DNA of 62,936 nt, counting the filler, from Octopus bimaculoides (Eukaryota): NCBI RefSeq assembly GCF_001194135.2. It is 7 parts of 5 records of this genome, joined end to end, with 100 filler letters (N's around TTAATTAATTAA, not from the genome) between each part and the next. Parts side by side here need not be neighbours in the genome. Positions count along the whole stretch, not along the records: positions 1 to 6,270 come from NC_068988.1; positions 6,371 to 20,429 come from NC_069000.1; 5 more parts are not named here. One strand, given 5' to 3'. The notes beneath the pieces were generated by a model. That model was not told where the DNA came from. It saw nothing but the letters and a program-made list of their open reading frames with translations, and searched no databases. Shown here piece by piece: positions 1 to 12,778 of this stretch. Numbering within the stretch: position 1 is the first letter of the stretch; each line of letters starts with the position of its first letter. The translations under genes and the position numbers were made by a program.

Positions 1-427
1 TATATATATAAATTTATATATATATGAATGCATGTATGTAGTGGTTATCTTCATACCTTAAATTGCGACAATCATTACGCATACTGAATATGGATGGATA
101 TATGAGTATGTGTGTGTGTAGGTGTTCATGTGTGTGTGCGTTTGTGTGCGTGTGCGTGCGTGTGTGTGTGCGTGTGTGTGTACGCGCACGTGAATACGGA
201 GATATGTTTATTTATTATATTCATGATATATAGCACTATTGTCTTATTAGAGTTTGTTGTCAGAGAAGCTGAATATCAACACATGTATTTTATCGATTTT
301 CATATTTCGTTTCAGATATATCTACATTATTTCGGTAGAGTATTCTTCACTCTCAGAGTGTTTTGGTGTTACTCTACAATCATACAATCATAAATATCTA
401 GTATCCATCCAAATCCATTTGTATTTA

Positions 428-466
<39 letters not shown>

Positions 467-942
467 GCGCATGCATGTGTAAGCGTCCGTTTAACTGCTA
501 AAAAGCACATAGAAACACACACACTTGAATATATTCAAATATATGTACATATAAACATATACAGACCTACAGACACTCATAAATGTGTATGAGTATCTGC
601 TTGTGTTTGCAATTATGTAACTATTTACGCATAGAGGTGATGACATTCTTACTTTCATACTATATTACGTGCATCAAAAGGCATGCGTGTATTGTATTCA
701 CGGCAAAGGTAACGATCAATCCTTGTTGAACGGTATTTTAACGTTGAAATAGATATGAGTAATATATTGAACATCGCTAAATTGACGGTTATATTTCCTA
801 CTCAAATATGTATTATGCATAATCTAAACAATGTAATAATAAATTATATTAATTCATCAGTATAATTATAATTATTCCAGAGTAATATAAATTCGTATAT
901 AGTCAGAATGAGAAAAAAGAAACAGATAGACACCCACACACA

Positions 943-983
<41 letters not shown>

Positions 984-1102
984 TGGTAGGCAGACAGATA
1001 GACAGACACACAGACGCAGAGACTCACAGACACAAAAATACAGACACACAGACAGACCACACACACACACACACAAACAAACAGAAAGACAGATACTAGG
1101 AC

Positions 1103-1167
<65 letters not shown>

Positions 1168-1823
1168 NNNNNNNNNNNNNNNNNNNNNNNNNNNNNNNNN
1201 NNNNNNNNNNNNNNNNNNNNNNNNNNNNNNNNNNNNNNNNNNNNNNNNNNNNNNNNNNNNNNNNNNNNNNNNNNNNNNNNNNNNNNNNNNNNNNNNNNNN
1301 NNNNNNNNNNNNNNNNNNNNNNNNNNNNNNNNNNNNNNNNNNNNNNNNNNNNNNNNNNNNNNNNNNNNNNNNNNNNNNNNNNNNNNNNNNNNNNNNNNNN
1401 NNNNNNNNNNNNNNNNNNNNNNNNNNNNNNNNNNNNNNNNNNNNNNNNNNNNNNNNNNNNNNNNNNNNNNNNNNNNNNNNNNNNNNNNNNNNNNNNNNNN
1501 NNNNNNNNNNNNNNNNNNNNNNNNNNNNNNNNNNNNNNNNNNNNNNNNNNNNNNNNNNNNNNNNNNNNNNNNNNNNNNNNNNNNNNNNNNNNNNNNNNNN
1601 NNNNNNNNNNNNNNNNNNNNNNNNNNNNNNNNNNNNNNNNNNNNNNNNNNNNNNNNNNNNNNNNNNNNNNNNNNNNNNNNNNNNNNNNNNNNNNNNNNNN
1701 NNNNNNNNNNNNNNNNNNNNNNNNNNNNNNNNNNNNNNNNNNNNNNNNNNNNNNNNNNNNNNNNNNNNNNNNNNNNNNNNNNNNNNNNNNNNNNNNNNNN
1801 NNNNNNNNNNNNNNNNNNNNNNN

Positions 1824-2172
1824 TGGACACTGCACGAGTGCGTGCAGAACGGTTTCGTCGCTCTGACCGCATCTCGGGCAGGTCGGTCCGGTGTGTCTCG
1901 AACCGTGCCTGTAAAGCTTATCCCGAACGGGTAATGCTTCTCGATAGCACTGCCAGGCCAGGGATCTCTGGTGGTTGTCCATAGGTCCCGGCCCGAAAGT
2001 TGTCCTGAACAGGCGGGTCAGGTGTTCCTCGTCGACGCCCAGATTCTGCCCGAGATCGTCGTCGCACCTCCCCTCCACTAATCCTCTATAGAACGCTTTT
2101 GTGGAATCAAAGTTGCAAAAGATTGGTCCCGGACGGCAGAGTTGCTTGAGAGCAACGCGACACTCGCGGTGC

Positions 2173-2173
<1 letters not shown>
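1824..2173 (-). mobile_element. Tx1/L1-clade non-LTR retrotransposon fragment (zf-RVT region), 5'-truncated
   Basis: Open frame ...WQCYREALPVRDKLYRHGSRHTGPTCPRCGQSDETVLHALVQCP (CX2CX7HX4C zinc knuckle downstream of RT); GC-rich; runs into a gap. Confidence 0.85.
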
Positions 2174-2207
<34 letters not shown>

Positions 2208-3705
2208 CTCGTTTCCTTTCAGAGAAAATATATGTAGAGTTTCCTCATGTCCAACATTTGTATTGCAGTTTTGGACGAAAACGAGATATGTAGACACTAC
2301 CAATTGTTGCCGAGTGGTTAATACAGGATGGGAGGCGAGCATACGGAAGACCTACAAAATTATGAGAATTCGCTGTTGTCAAACAGGCTGGGTCCAAATA
2401 ATGATATGGAAAGAAGAATGAAAACGCATTGTGACCAGCGATGTGTAAGATCGGATCGTTAAGCAAGAATAAAGAAAAATATACGTTTTTTTTATTCACG
2501 CTATTTTGTTATGTTTCTTTTCAATGTTTGAAAATATCTAAATGAAATCGTACGAAACATGTGATTTTATATTTTAACTTCAATAATAATGAAAAGTGTT
2601 ATATTATACTATTGAAAAACGGAAGTACTCATTATTAATCAAAGAATAGTTTGTAGATATTATACATAACCTTGACAATCGTAAAAAAAACTGCTGTTAT
2701 TTTTTTAAAATGTGTTTAGTATTTTTATAAGTACAGGGAGATGAAACATACTTTAAGGGAAGCAGGTTCTTGGGAGATATGTGCCCTTTCGGTAAATTTG
2801 CTTATATGAGAGAATAACTTTGCTTGTGTGATTGCCCAAGACAAATCCTGCAGTATAGAGAACTTGTTTCTGGCAATATGGCTCTTCGAACGGAACAAAA
2901 GTCAATGAATAAAGTGGGAGAATCGACTCTGGTCAAAGGATAAAATAAATTACGAGTAGCGTGCATCTGATCATCTAAATATGTTGCCAAGAGAAACTCA
3001 TTATTAGACTTTCAATGTCTCAATGATATACATCAATAGAACCCTTTGAATTTAATGAAGCGCTAGGAAATTGAAGGGCGTTTGATTAAATATATTTGAA
3101 GAAATGCAGATTTATTAATATTGTATCAGATGTATTATCAATGGGGATCAAGATTACACAATAATTTACTTCAAAATCTTTCTCATACAACCTGAGTCGT
3201 GCCAAGGACTTGCATAAGTAGATAACAATTAGTGTTAAAGGAAATTGCCTGAGCAATAGACATGACGCATACACACAAAATATAGGTTTCAAATTTTGCC
3301 ACAAGCTAAAAAATTCGGTAATTATTTTATTGACTCCGAAATTATATATAAAGTAGACCACGGCAGAATTCGCTGTCAGAACGTAAAGATGTACGAAAGG
3401 ATGCTAAGAACTTTACCCTGTATGCTAACGGTTCTGCCAGAGATCGCCGCTTTGCATACACAAAATATTGACAATGGTTGCGAGCAGTACTTTGTGGTTA
3501 AAGTTAAATTAGCGACGACGGTATTCTGGGTTCAATTCAGTCATGTAAAAGTTTGAGTAAATGCATCCTGTCTCATGTTGAGGTTGACCTGTATATTCTT
3601 ATTGATAACTACAACATGAAAACTGTGCGAAAGTTGAGTAGTGCATGCGGGACACACACACATACACATACACACACACACAACACACAACACACACACG
3701 CACGC

Positions 3706-3752
<47 letters not shown>

Positions 3753-3781
3753 AACATACACACAAGGGCAATGTGGGTGTA

Positions 3782-4189
3782 CGAGAGGTTACTGAAAAGT
3801 TCCTGACTTTGGGTAAGAGAAAATTCAGGAGGACCAGTTAAATATGATTTTATTCAGATTCACACAGTTATTTCTTTATTGCCCACAGGGGACTAAACAT
3901 AGAGAGGACAAACTAAGGGATTAACTCGAATATATCGACCCCAGTGCGAAACTGGTACTTATTTAATCGACCACGAAAGGATGAAAGGCAAAGTCGACTT
4001 CGGTGGAATTTGAACTCAGAACGTAACGGCAGACGAAATACCGCCAAGCACTTCGCCCGGCGTGCTAAAGATTCTACCAGCGCGGTTCTTCAGTTTTCCT
4101 AATCCCTGTAAAACAACTCGGAAGGCTTCGCCTCCAACCAGGCCTTTTGCGTTCACCTTTAAAGCCAGGAACTTTTCAGCACTCCCTCG
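3782..4189. mobile_element. Mariner-type MITE with TA target duplication, interrupted by a SINE
   Basis: TA|cgagaggttactgaaaagttcctgacttt ... aaagccaggaacttttcagcactccctcg|TA terminal inverted repeats. Confidence 0.85.
3868..4084 (-). mobile_element. tRNA-derived SINE, family A (nested in the MITE)
   Basis: Reverse complement has box A/box B (GAGTTCAAATTCC) head and (AAAT/AGAA) tail; many copies in the window. Confidence 0.9.
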
Positions 4190-5645
4190 TATACGTGTGT
4201 ATTGTATGAGAAATAATATAAATAACTAATTAATTCAACGAGCTATGCATCTCAAGTAAATTTTGGCAAAAAAAACAAATAATTATTAGAGACGGAGTTT
4301 AGATTCATACATTAAAATAAACAATCGTAATGTTAACCAGGAAAATAAGTTTCACAGGTGGCATACGTTTAGCTAGGCATGTAAACTGGATTTCCATTGT
4401 ATGTTCGCGGTTTAGAAAGTTTTCAGAGGAAAATAAATATTTATATTAAAGAAAACTGACATCAACCATAAAAAGTAAACTTAAAAATGGAACGTAAACA
4501 AATATAAATCTAGAATCAAAACAAAACATTGCAAACAATAATAATGAATTATAAAAAAAAACAAAAACAGCACTAACATTTAACAAGAATAACAACAGGA
4601 AGGCAAACAAAAACACGGAGTCTCTCGGAGAACAATGGCAGAGTTTTCGATCAATATTGGAAAAATCAAAAATATTACTTATGGAACAATTCTTTAAAAT
4701 GTAAATTAATGGAAATTTACAGTATTTTTTATGGCAGACAGCAAAAGATGACAATGGCAGAAGATCAGACACATTTGCGGACACATTGACATAAAAGAGA
4801 AAGAGAGAGAGATAGAGAGAGAGAGAGAGACTATCGTTAACGTTGTCGATAAATGTGGGTTTCAAATGCATCGCTAAATCTCCAAAATTAATCATATGTA
4901 TATGTGTGGGGCGAGAGAGGGTGAGAGAAGAGAGAGGTGTATATATATTTACACACACACACACAAACACACACACAAACACACACACATACATATATAT
5001 ATATATACATACAGTTGTGGGCAAAATTTTGGAACGTATTTCTAAAAATTAAAATTGTCATGCCCAAGTACAATTCGATTCAAATATATTTAGGTATTTA
5101 ATATAAAAATTCTAATTTTCAGTTCTATATTCCAAAATTTTACCCATGAGTGTATGTATATACATGCGTGTGTGCGCGTCGAATTATATCACTCGCGATC
5201 AATCAAATCCGACAACTCTCTTCTGTATAACGTCATTGCCTTACTCTAGCTATGAATTTCAGCTTCGCTTTTCTTTTTCTTTTTCTTTTTTTTTTTTTTT
5301 GTCTACATTGACCCTACCATATATTTCCAGTTTGCACGCATTTTAACGATATTTGTTTATCGATCCAGTATGTTTTGGTTTTTGACACGTTTTTCATTAC
5401 GAGGAACTTGAGTAGATATTTTTATTGAATTGCATTTTCTCCCGGTCATTAATTTCATAAATTATACATATTTATTTCGTTATTTCATACCCTTTGAAGT
5501 TTTCATTCATTAGTGAAGATGATACTTATAGTTGATTTGTTTCTGCTATTACGTACAGATAAACAAATATACAGATATATGTTATGCATGTATGTATGTA
5601 TCTATGTTATATAGACATGTTATATAGACAGACAGATAGACAAAC

Positions 5646-5715
<70 letters not shown>

Positions 5716-6315
5716 GTATGTATGTATGTATAAATTGGATATTTAACTATAACGACAGATGTCGCATCATATAATGATGAGACTGACCTCTACACCGCAA
5801 CCAATCAGCTTTATCCTTGCCCGCTTACATCAATCTCTACATCAATGATATATGCGCTGTAAGTGTAGCTCACATATATACAGGCGCTTCTCTTTTTCAG
5901 AAAACACAACCATATCACGCCCAAAGCATGATCAACACTCAGCGAGATGCCTCGCAATTATTTCAAACACTGGGTCACATTGTCACCGAGTTTGATCGCT
6001 TATTCATCATCGTAGCTGGTGAACGAGTCATCTTCTGTTTCTACGTTACATGTTTGTGTTTAAAATTTATGTGATGATCATGGGTTTTTACTAAGGTTTA
6101 ATGTAAGAATGAATCGGTAAAATAGCGAAAGGTGGCTCAGAATCCCCTAAAAGGCAGCGACGAATCGCGATCTAGACCTAACCCCTCCTAGGGGTACTAT
6201 CGTTCAAGGCTGCATCGAAGATCCGCATTGGAGATTGTTGCATCGAAGGTTTGCACGCTATTATATATATNNNNNNNNNNNNNNNNNNNNNNNNNNNNNN
6301 NNNNNNNNNNNNNNT

Positions 6316-6327
6316 TAATTAATTAAN
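6316..6327. other. Artificial scaffold spacer TTAATTAATTAA within ~100 N (also near 20475, 29199, 44694, 54332, 60566)
   Basis: Identical six-frame-stop palindrome embedded in N runs six times. Confidence 0.95.
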
Positions 6328-6463
6328 NNNNNNNNNNNNNNNNNNNNNNNNNNNNNNNNNNNNNNNNNNNATATATATATATATATATACATATTATATG
6401 CATATAAGCAATATGTATATGATATGTATGTATATATGTATATGATATGTATATATATATATA

Positions 6464-6511
<48 letters not shown>

Positions 6512-6512
6512 T

Positions 6513-6682
6513 ATCATCATCATCATCATCATCGTTTAACGTCCGCTTTCCATGCTAGCATGGGTTGGACGACTTGACTGAGGACTGGTGAAACCGGATG
6601 GCAACACCAGGCTCCAATCTAAATTTGGCAGAGTTTCTACAGCTGGATGCCCTTCCTAACGCCAACCACTCAGAGAGTGTAG
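6513..6682 (-). mobile_element. RTE LINE 3' terminus with (GAT)n tail
   Basis: Near-identical to the 3' end of the RTE copy at 19697-19870. Confidence 0.9.
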
Positions 6683-6894
6683 TATATATATATATATATA
6701 TGGGAGAATTTACGAAAAAACAACAGACGAAGACAGGTGGTGTAGACAACAAATGGATGTATTAGTTTAATGCTCGGCAATAGAGAAAGTCTTTGATGTT
6801 TCGAGCAGGGAAATTGATTAGGTATTGAACCATTTTTTTTCCTTGGATGATACCATCTTTTCATGAGGCTAACATAACGTCTAACTGAATTCTA

Positions 6895-6999
<105 letters not shown>

Positions 7000-7683
7000 G
7001 TATGTATATATATATATATATGTATGTATAGAAACACACACACACATCTCCATACAAAGATACGTACATGCATGAATGTATTTGTGTAATTAAATTATGT
7101 GTTCATAAATATCTATTTATGTTTATGTATTCTGAGGTTGTCTAGTTTTAGAAGCCAAAATATCCCTCAGCATCCTTTGGTCCAAGTGTATTGTTCAAAG
7201 TTGTTCTTATATATTTGTTCCTGGCTGTTTTAATGACCTTTGTTTGACTCTCTACATTTAGATTTCCATGATCTCAGTAGTTTATATCATTGCATGTTTC
7301 CAGAGTTTTCATTTATGAATCCCTGTCTTCACACCTTTGTTTTTCATATTAGTCTTAAACTTCGTTTCCCTTTTGTTTTTTGTTTTTGTTTACTCCCTTG
7401 ATTGACTAAATATTGTTTTACATGTTAAATCCTTTTAAGAAATATATTATCTGCTTGTTTTAAAATTTCTTTAAGATTTTCATCTCTAAAAAGACGAAAA
7501 ATTCATGTCTTTATTAGTGTATTCTGTTAAAAAGTTTTGGTTTCTTTTTTTGTTTTGTTGTAAATTGAGAATTTTTTAGTTTGTTGTTGTTAATGCTATA
7601 ATGTTTGCCACACAAACTATTTGAGTATTAATGTTTTGTCCGTCTCTGCTAAGGAGTAATCAAATGTTGAAAATTAATTTCAG

Positions 7684-7807
7684 GAAGAAAAGAAAGAAGG
7701 ACGCAAAGAAGAGAAGAAGAAAGATGAAAAAGAAACCAAGCGTGTGAAATATAAACTGAAAGACAAAAAGAAATCCAAACGTCAGGATTTTCACATAGGC
7801 TTTTCTG
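7684..7807 (+). CDS. RALBP1: RalA-binding protein 1, Lys/Glu-rich exon upstream of the RhoGAP domain (internal exon)
   Basis: Acceptor aatttcag|, donor |gtaagt. Reads EEKKEGRKEEKKKDEKETKRVKYKLKDKKKSKRQDFHIGFS, like the charged region before the GAP domain in RLIP76/Drosophila Rlip. Ends phase 1, compatible with the next exon. Confidence 0.8.
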
Positions 7808-9090
7808 GTAAGTTGTTTAATGTTATACATTAAACTATCGGGGCAGTGATGACAGCACTACTGTTGCTGCCATCGTCATTATTTTATACTCATTTTTACA
7901 AACTGGTATATGTTGGACAGGTCTTGCCCTTGTTCAGCATCCTGTGATCAACTCTCGTTATTACTTTCCATGTTTTTCTGGGCTTTTCTTTTCCACAGTC
8001 TCCTGCCATTTGGATCAAGTCTTCACCTAACTCTCATCTTTCATCTCCATCCTTTGTCTGCCAGTTATCTTTCATTCATACTCTCTTCATAGCTTATTGC
8101 AGCCAACCCAAACTATAAGGATGCCATTACCAGCTTTTTTCCTTTTTCTTTTTTATTTTTAAAAGACTTCCCTTTATGTAATCTCTTGACTTGCTACAAA
8201 TAGCAGCCAAATCTTCAATAAACCCATACTGTTTGTCAAATGTATTCTTTTTTTGTATTTCAATATAGTTCTGATATACAAAATAGTGAGATGATCACTG
8301 GTGGAGTGCCACTGCTCATAGGTCTGCTGTTAAAGGTTGACCTCAGTTAAACAGCTGCAATAACAACCACCACTGAATAGTAGATTACTAAAGCTACTCA
8401 ACTACTATTGTTTGTTTTTGTGCTTAACCTATGCACAAGGTTACACATTTTGAGAGAGAAGTGCAGTTGATTTAATTGATTCCAACACCTTTAATTGGCT
8501 TGCTGGCAATCTCTTTATGCATTTGCTGAGATTACAGATAGATGAGGTTGTGTTTGTATGTTTCATAATAAAGCTGCTTCTGGAAAGGATTCTGTATGGA
8601 TTTAGACCAGACTTTGAAATATGAGTTATTTCTACTGAAACATTTCAGAGTATTATAAACACAAACATAGCTGCATGGTTAAGAAGTTCACCTTGCAATC
8701 ATGAGATTCTGGCTTTGATCTCATGATGTGATACCTTTGGAAAATGCCTTCACCATAGCCTTGGCTTTTAACAGTAGGAATGCTTCATGAATAACAGATA
8801 TTTCTTGCTTGTATTTTTGACTGTAGAAGGATTTTTTAAATAGGGCTTTATATTCTGTAGTCTAGGAAACATAAAAATACTAGGTATGGAGAAATGATTT
8901 GTGAGAGCTGCCCATGCCAAAATAAGGTATCACCAAAGTTAGAGATAAGCAATGGACACACACTGAGGTATGTAATATTTCGACAGAGCATCTTTTAATG
9001 TTGAAAACATCTTACGTAAACATTCACAGCTATGACTAATTATTATCAGCAAAAGTGTGACCTCTTTTTATTCTAATATTTTCTTTTTAG

Positions 9091-9240
9091 AAGCTGGTGC
9101 TGTGCAACCATCAGGAAACATATGCGAGAAACCTGTTTTTGGAGTTCCTTTAACTGTTGCTGTGGAAAGAAGTAAATGCCATGATGGCATTGAACTACCT
9201 GCTATATTTAGAGAATGTATTGATTATATTGAGGAACATG
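9091..9240 (+). CDS. RALBP1: RalBP1 exon, start of RhoGAP domain
   Basis: ttctttttag| ... |gtcagt; phase 1 to 1, 150 nt. KPVFGVPLTVAVERSKCHDGIELPAIFRECIDYIEEHG matches human KPIFGIPLADAVERTMMYDGIRLPAVFRECIDYVEKYG (recalled). Confidence 0.93.
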
Positions 9241-11105
9241 GTCAGTAGAAATAACTTACCTTCCTATGTATCATTTTCATTGTTGACTTGCAATTTCTCC
9301 TATCAGTTTTACTATTTAACAGTCTGTCAGATAATTAGAAACTTTTTTTCTTATTTTACTGGTTTTAGAGTCATTGGACTGTGGCTGTGCTAAGCCACTA
9401 TCTTTAAAGATTTCAGTTAGTTGTATCCCTCCTGATCCTCTGTTTTTTGGCACTTGATTTAGTAACTTTAAAGGAAGTAAGACAAAGTCAGCTTGGGTGG
9501 GTTTGGAATTCAGAATCTAATAGAACATCGCCAAACATCAGCAATGTATTTTGTCCAACACCCTATTTCTTGTGCCATTCCAATCCCTGATACACATAAG
9601 TATATATACAAACAAATGTCCATACATATGTATTTAGCTATAGATTTGCACAAAAGCCTAAAAATATTAGGTTTTTCTCAGGAACAGTAAAAAAAAACAT
9701 ATGCACATCTCCCTCAAATCCAATTTATTAATGGTACAATGGAAATTTGTAAGTTATTCCAAAGATTCTCCATCTAATACAAACACCTAAGCATTAAAGA
9801 GACGTGTTCACACAGAACATAAATGCAGGTGCATACACCCACATACATGCACACACTAATTCCACCACATATTTGCAAAACCCAGGAACACTCTAGGGTG
9901 GGGCAAGGGGGTACATGCCCTGGGCACTGATTGAAGTGGGGTGCAAAATTGACCATAATGCGATAAGCTTGAACTCCATTTATAAAATTGCAATTGTAAA
10001 GATGGATCTCCAGCTTATCATAATATGATGGCTATCTACATTCATGTCTGGACATTTTTACAAATGGCATCAAAAAAGGACTGAGACTCACTTGAGTGAA
10101 ACCCACGTATTTTTGCCTTGCCTACTACACATACTGCACAACTAAGGGTATAAAATTGTGGTGGTAAACATTCTATGTTAAATTTACTTGACTGTTGTTT
10201 ATTCATTTAACTGTTAATCATTCTTTATCGTTCTAAAAATAGTTCAGTCTTATCAGTGTAAATCAATTTTCCATTTTTGCATAGCTTGCAACTTCCGGTG
10301 TACATACTGTAAATTGTTTGTTATCAATAAAAACTTCGACTGCCTACCCCGAGCAAACCTGTGACTGCTAGTAAAATCATTCAAAAGTGGTTGTCCCATT
10401 TCTATCCTTGGATATTTGGGGTACTTCAACAAAACAATATTACAAGCAGTTGAACAAGTCAACTGGATTCTACAATACAATCTCTTCTATAAGCTTTAAA
10501 GCAGAGTAATTCATTTTCTACTTCTAATTACAACTACATTAAGGTTTACTCTTTTCTCTGTACAATGTTTACAACTTTTACTTGTTTGTCACAAGAACAT
10601 GAAGCATGCCTTCCCTAAAAAGAGAAAGTGGAGTTGAAGGAAAGAAGAGGCAGAAGTGGGAGACTAAAGAAGCTTTGACATCGATAGCTGCAGTTTGTAC
10701 AGCCTCTGCATATTGACTTTTGAGGGGTGCAGAATGCATGTGTTGATCTCTTTTCCTACTCTTTTGAGACATGGTTCTTCCAGTTGCTGTACTATTAGTC
10801 TGCAGATGCATGCTTAGTGATTTCCCTCTATGTTTTTGCTGGTTTTGTTTCAGGTTTCCCTGCTTGTTGTTCCGATAAGTTTTGGGATGGGCAAAGCTGC
10901 AACCCTATCCTGTTTCTCCATGCCAGCAGGTGCCATTTAAATAAAATTTAGATTCAACCTGGGCTCTGTCAGTTTCTATCCTTATGCTTCTTCATTTTTC
11001 CTTTTGGCGTTTTGGGATTTTGTCTTTTTTCATGTCCTTCCTGTTACCTTTTGACATGAGAGCATCAGTTTTCCTGGCTATAAAGTTTCATTTGAACTTA
11101 TCATA

Positions 11106-11492
11106 GGCATAGGAGTGGCTGTGTGGTAAGTAACTTGCTTACCAACCACATGGTTCTGGGTTCAGTCCCACTGCATGGCACCTTGGGCAAGTGTCTTCTA
11201 CTATAGCCTCGGGCTGACCAAAGCCTTGTGAGTGGATTTGGTAGACGGAAACTGAAAGAAGCCTGTTGTATATATGTATGTATGTATGTGTGTGTGTGTA
11301 TATGTTTGTCCCCCCAACATCGCTTGACAACCGATGCTGGTGTGTTTACGTCTCTGCAACTTAGCAGATCGGCAAAAGAGACCGATAGAATAAGTACTAG
11401 GCTTACAAAGAATAAGTCCTGGGGTCAATATGCTCAACTAAAGGCGGTGCTCCAGCAGGGCCACAGTTAAATGACTGAAACAAGTAAAAGAA
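11106..11492 (+). mobile_element. tRNA-derived CORE-like SINE, family B, with internal (TA/TG)n tract
   Basis: Box A/B head, CORE-like ACCTTGGGCAAGT, internal microsatellite, conserved tail ending gaaacaagtaaaag. Confidence 0.88.
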
Positions 11493-12574
11493 TATAGGTG
11501 CATTAGGCTGTTTTAATGAATTTGCATAAAAGCTAAAAATACTAGCCTTTTCTAAGACAGAGCAAAAGAAACTGATGCGCCTCCTTCGAATCCAATCTAT
11601 TAGCAACTTTGTGAAAATTTATATGACATTCCAAATATTCTCTATCTGAGATTCTTTAAATGAATATTTGCATACACTTAGTTGTGTGCATCTACTAGGA
11701 CACACATATAAGAGTTAATGATGCACACATACACAAACACCTAAGCACTCAGGAGACATGTTCACACTGAACATGAATGCTAGTACATACCCTTACATAT
11801 ATATGTACACTAAATCAACCACATACTTAGAAACTCCAAGAAGTCTCTTAACTCAAAAAGTCTTGTGACTGGCTTGAAATCCATTTAGAACTGAAATAAA
11901 TCTCAAAGAGAAAATCCCCCCCCCACACACACATTGTAGATTTCCTGAAATTTCATATACTTGCAACAGCTATATAGTCTACAAAAGTCTTTTGCAAGGT
12001 AGTTAGGGAGCCTCTATAATTATCACCCAACATGTAATAATGTCATCTTAGATTTGTACTTCTCAAGAAAAAGATGGAATGACCATGATTGGGTGAGCTT
12101 TTGGTCATAAGTTTACTCCAGCAGCTTAACAGGCAGAATTCTCATTGGAAAATGAAAAATAAGTAAAATTGGAGACATATAGTCCTTCTCTGAAGTTGTA
12201 AGCAAGGTGTGATGTTTCAGTTAGACTTCAGGATTCTCTCCGTTTTACCACTACCAAAAAAAAACAAAAAACATATATNNNNNNNNNNNNNNNNNNNNNN
12301 NNNNNNNNNNNNNNNNNNNNNNNNNNNNNNNNNNNNNNNNNNNNNNNNNNNNNNNNNNNNNNNNNNNNNNNNNNNNNNNNNNNNNNNNNNNNNNNNNNNN
12401 NNNNNNNNNNNNNNNNNNNNNNNNNNNNNNNNNNNNNNNNNNNNNNNNNNNNNNNNNNNNNNNNNNNNNNNNNNNNNNNNNNNNNNNNNNNNNNNNNNNN
12501 NNNNNNNNNNNNNNNNNTAAACAATTTGAGGTTAATCAGTGATAGATTAATGAATTTTAATATTTTGTTAAAAG

Positions 12575-12778
12575 GCTTGTTATGTGAAGGAATCTATCGG
12601 ATCTCTGGAGTAAAATCAAAAGTACAGATGCTAAAAGAAGCTTATAATAATGGAGTCCCTGCTTACCTTTATGAACACGAACCAAATGTTGTTGCTAGTC
12701 TACTAAAGCAGTTTCTACGAGAACTACCAGAACCAGTGCTCACCACAGCATTAATGCCAAAATTTGAAGATGCTTCAA
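12575..12778 (+). CDS. RALBP1: RalBP1 exon, RhoGAP core with arginine finger
   Basis: aaag| ... |gtaagt; phase 1 to 1, 204 nt. LLCEGIYRISGVKSKVQMLKEAYNN...EPNVVASLLKQFLRELPEPVLTTALMPKFEDAS is typical RALBP1 (GIYRxSG motif). Later exons were not found. Confidence 0.95.

Noticed and set aside
903-2342. 479-aa and other long ORFs in the track
   Set aside because: They read through N runs or microsatellites (YIYI, CVCV, HTHT); only the Tx1 part of this ORF is meaningful.
2245-3010. Short ORFs and splice-like sites on both strands (e.g. VFRMLASHPVL, ATYLDDQ)
   Set aside because: No consistent exon chain or recognisable homology.
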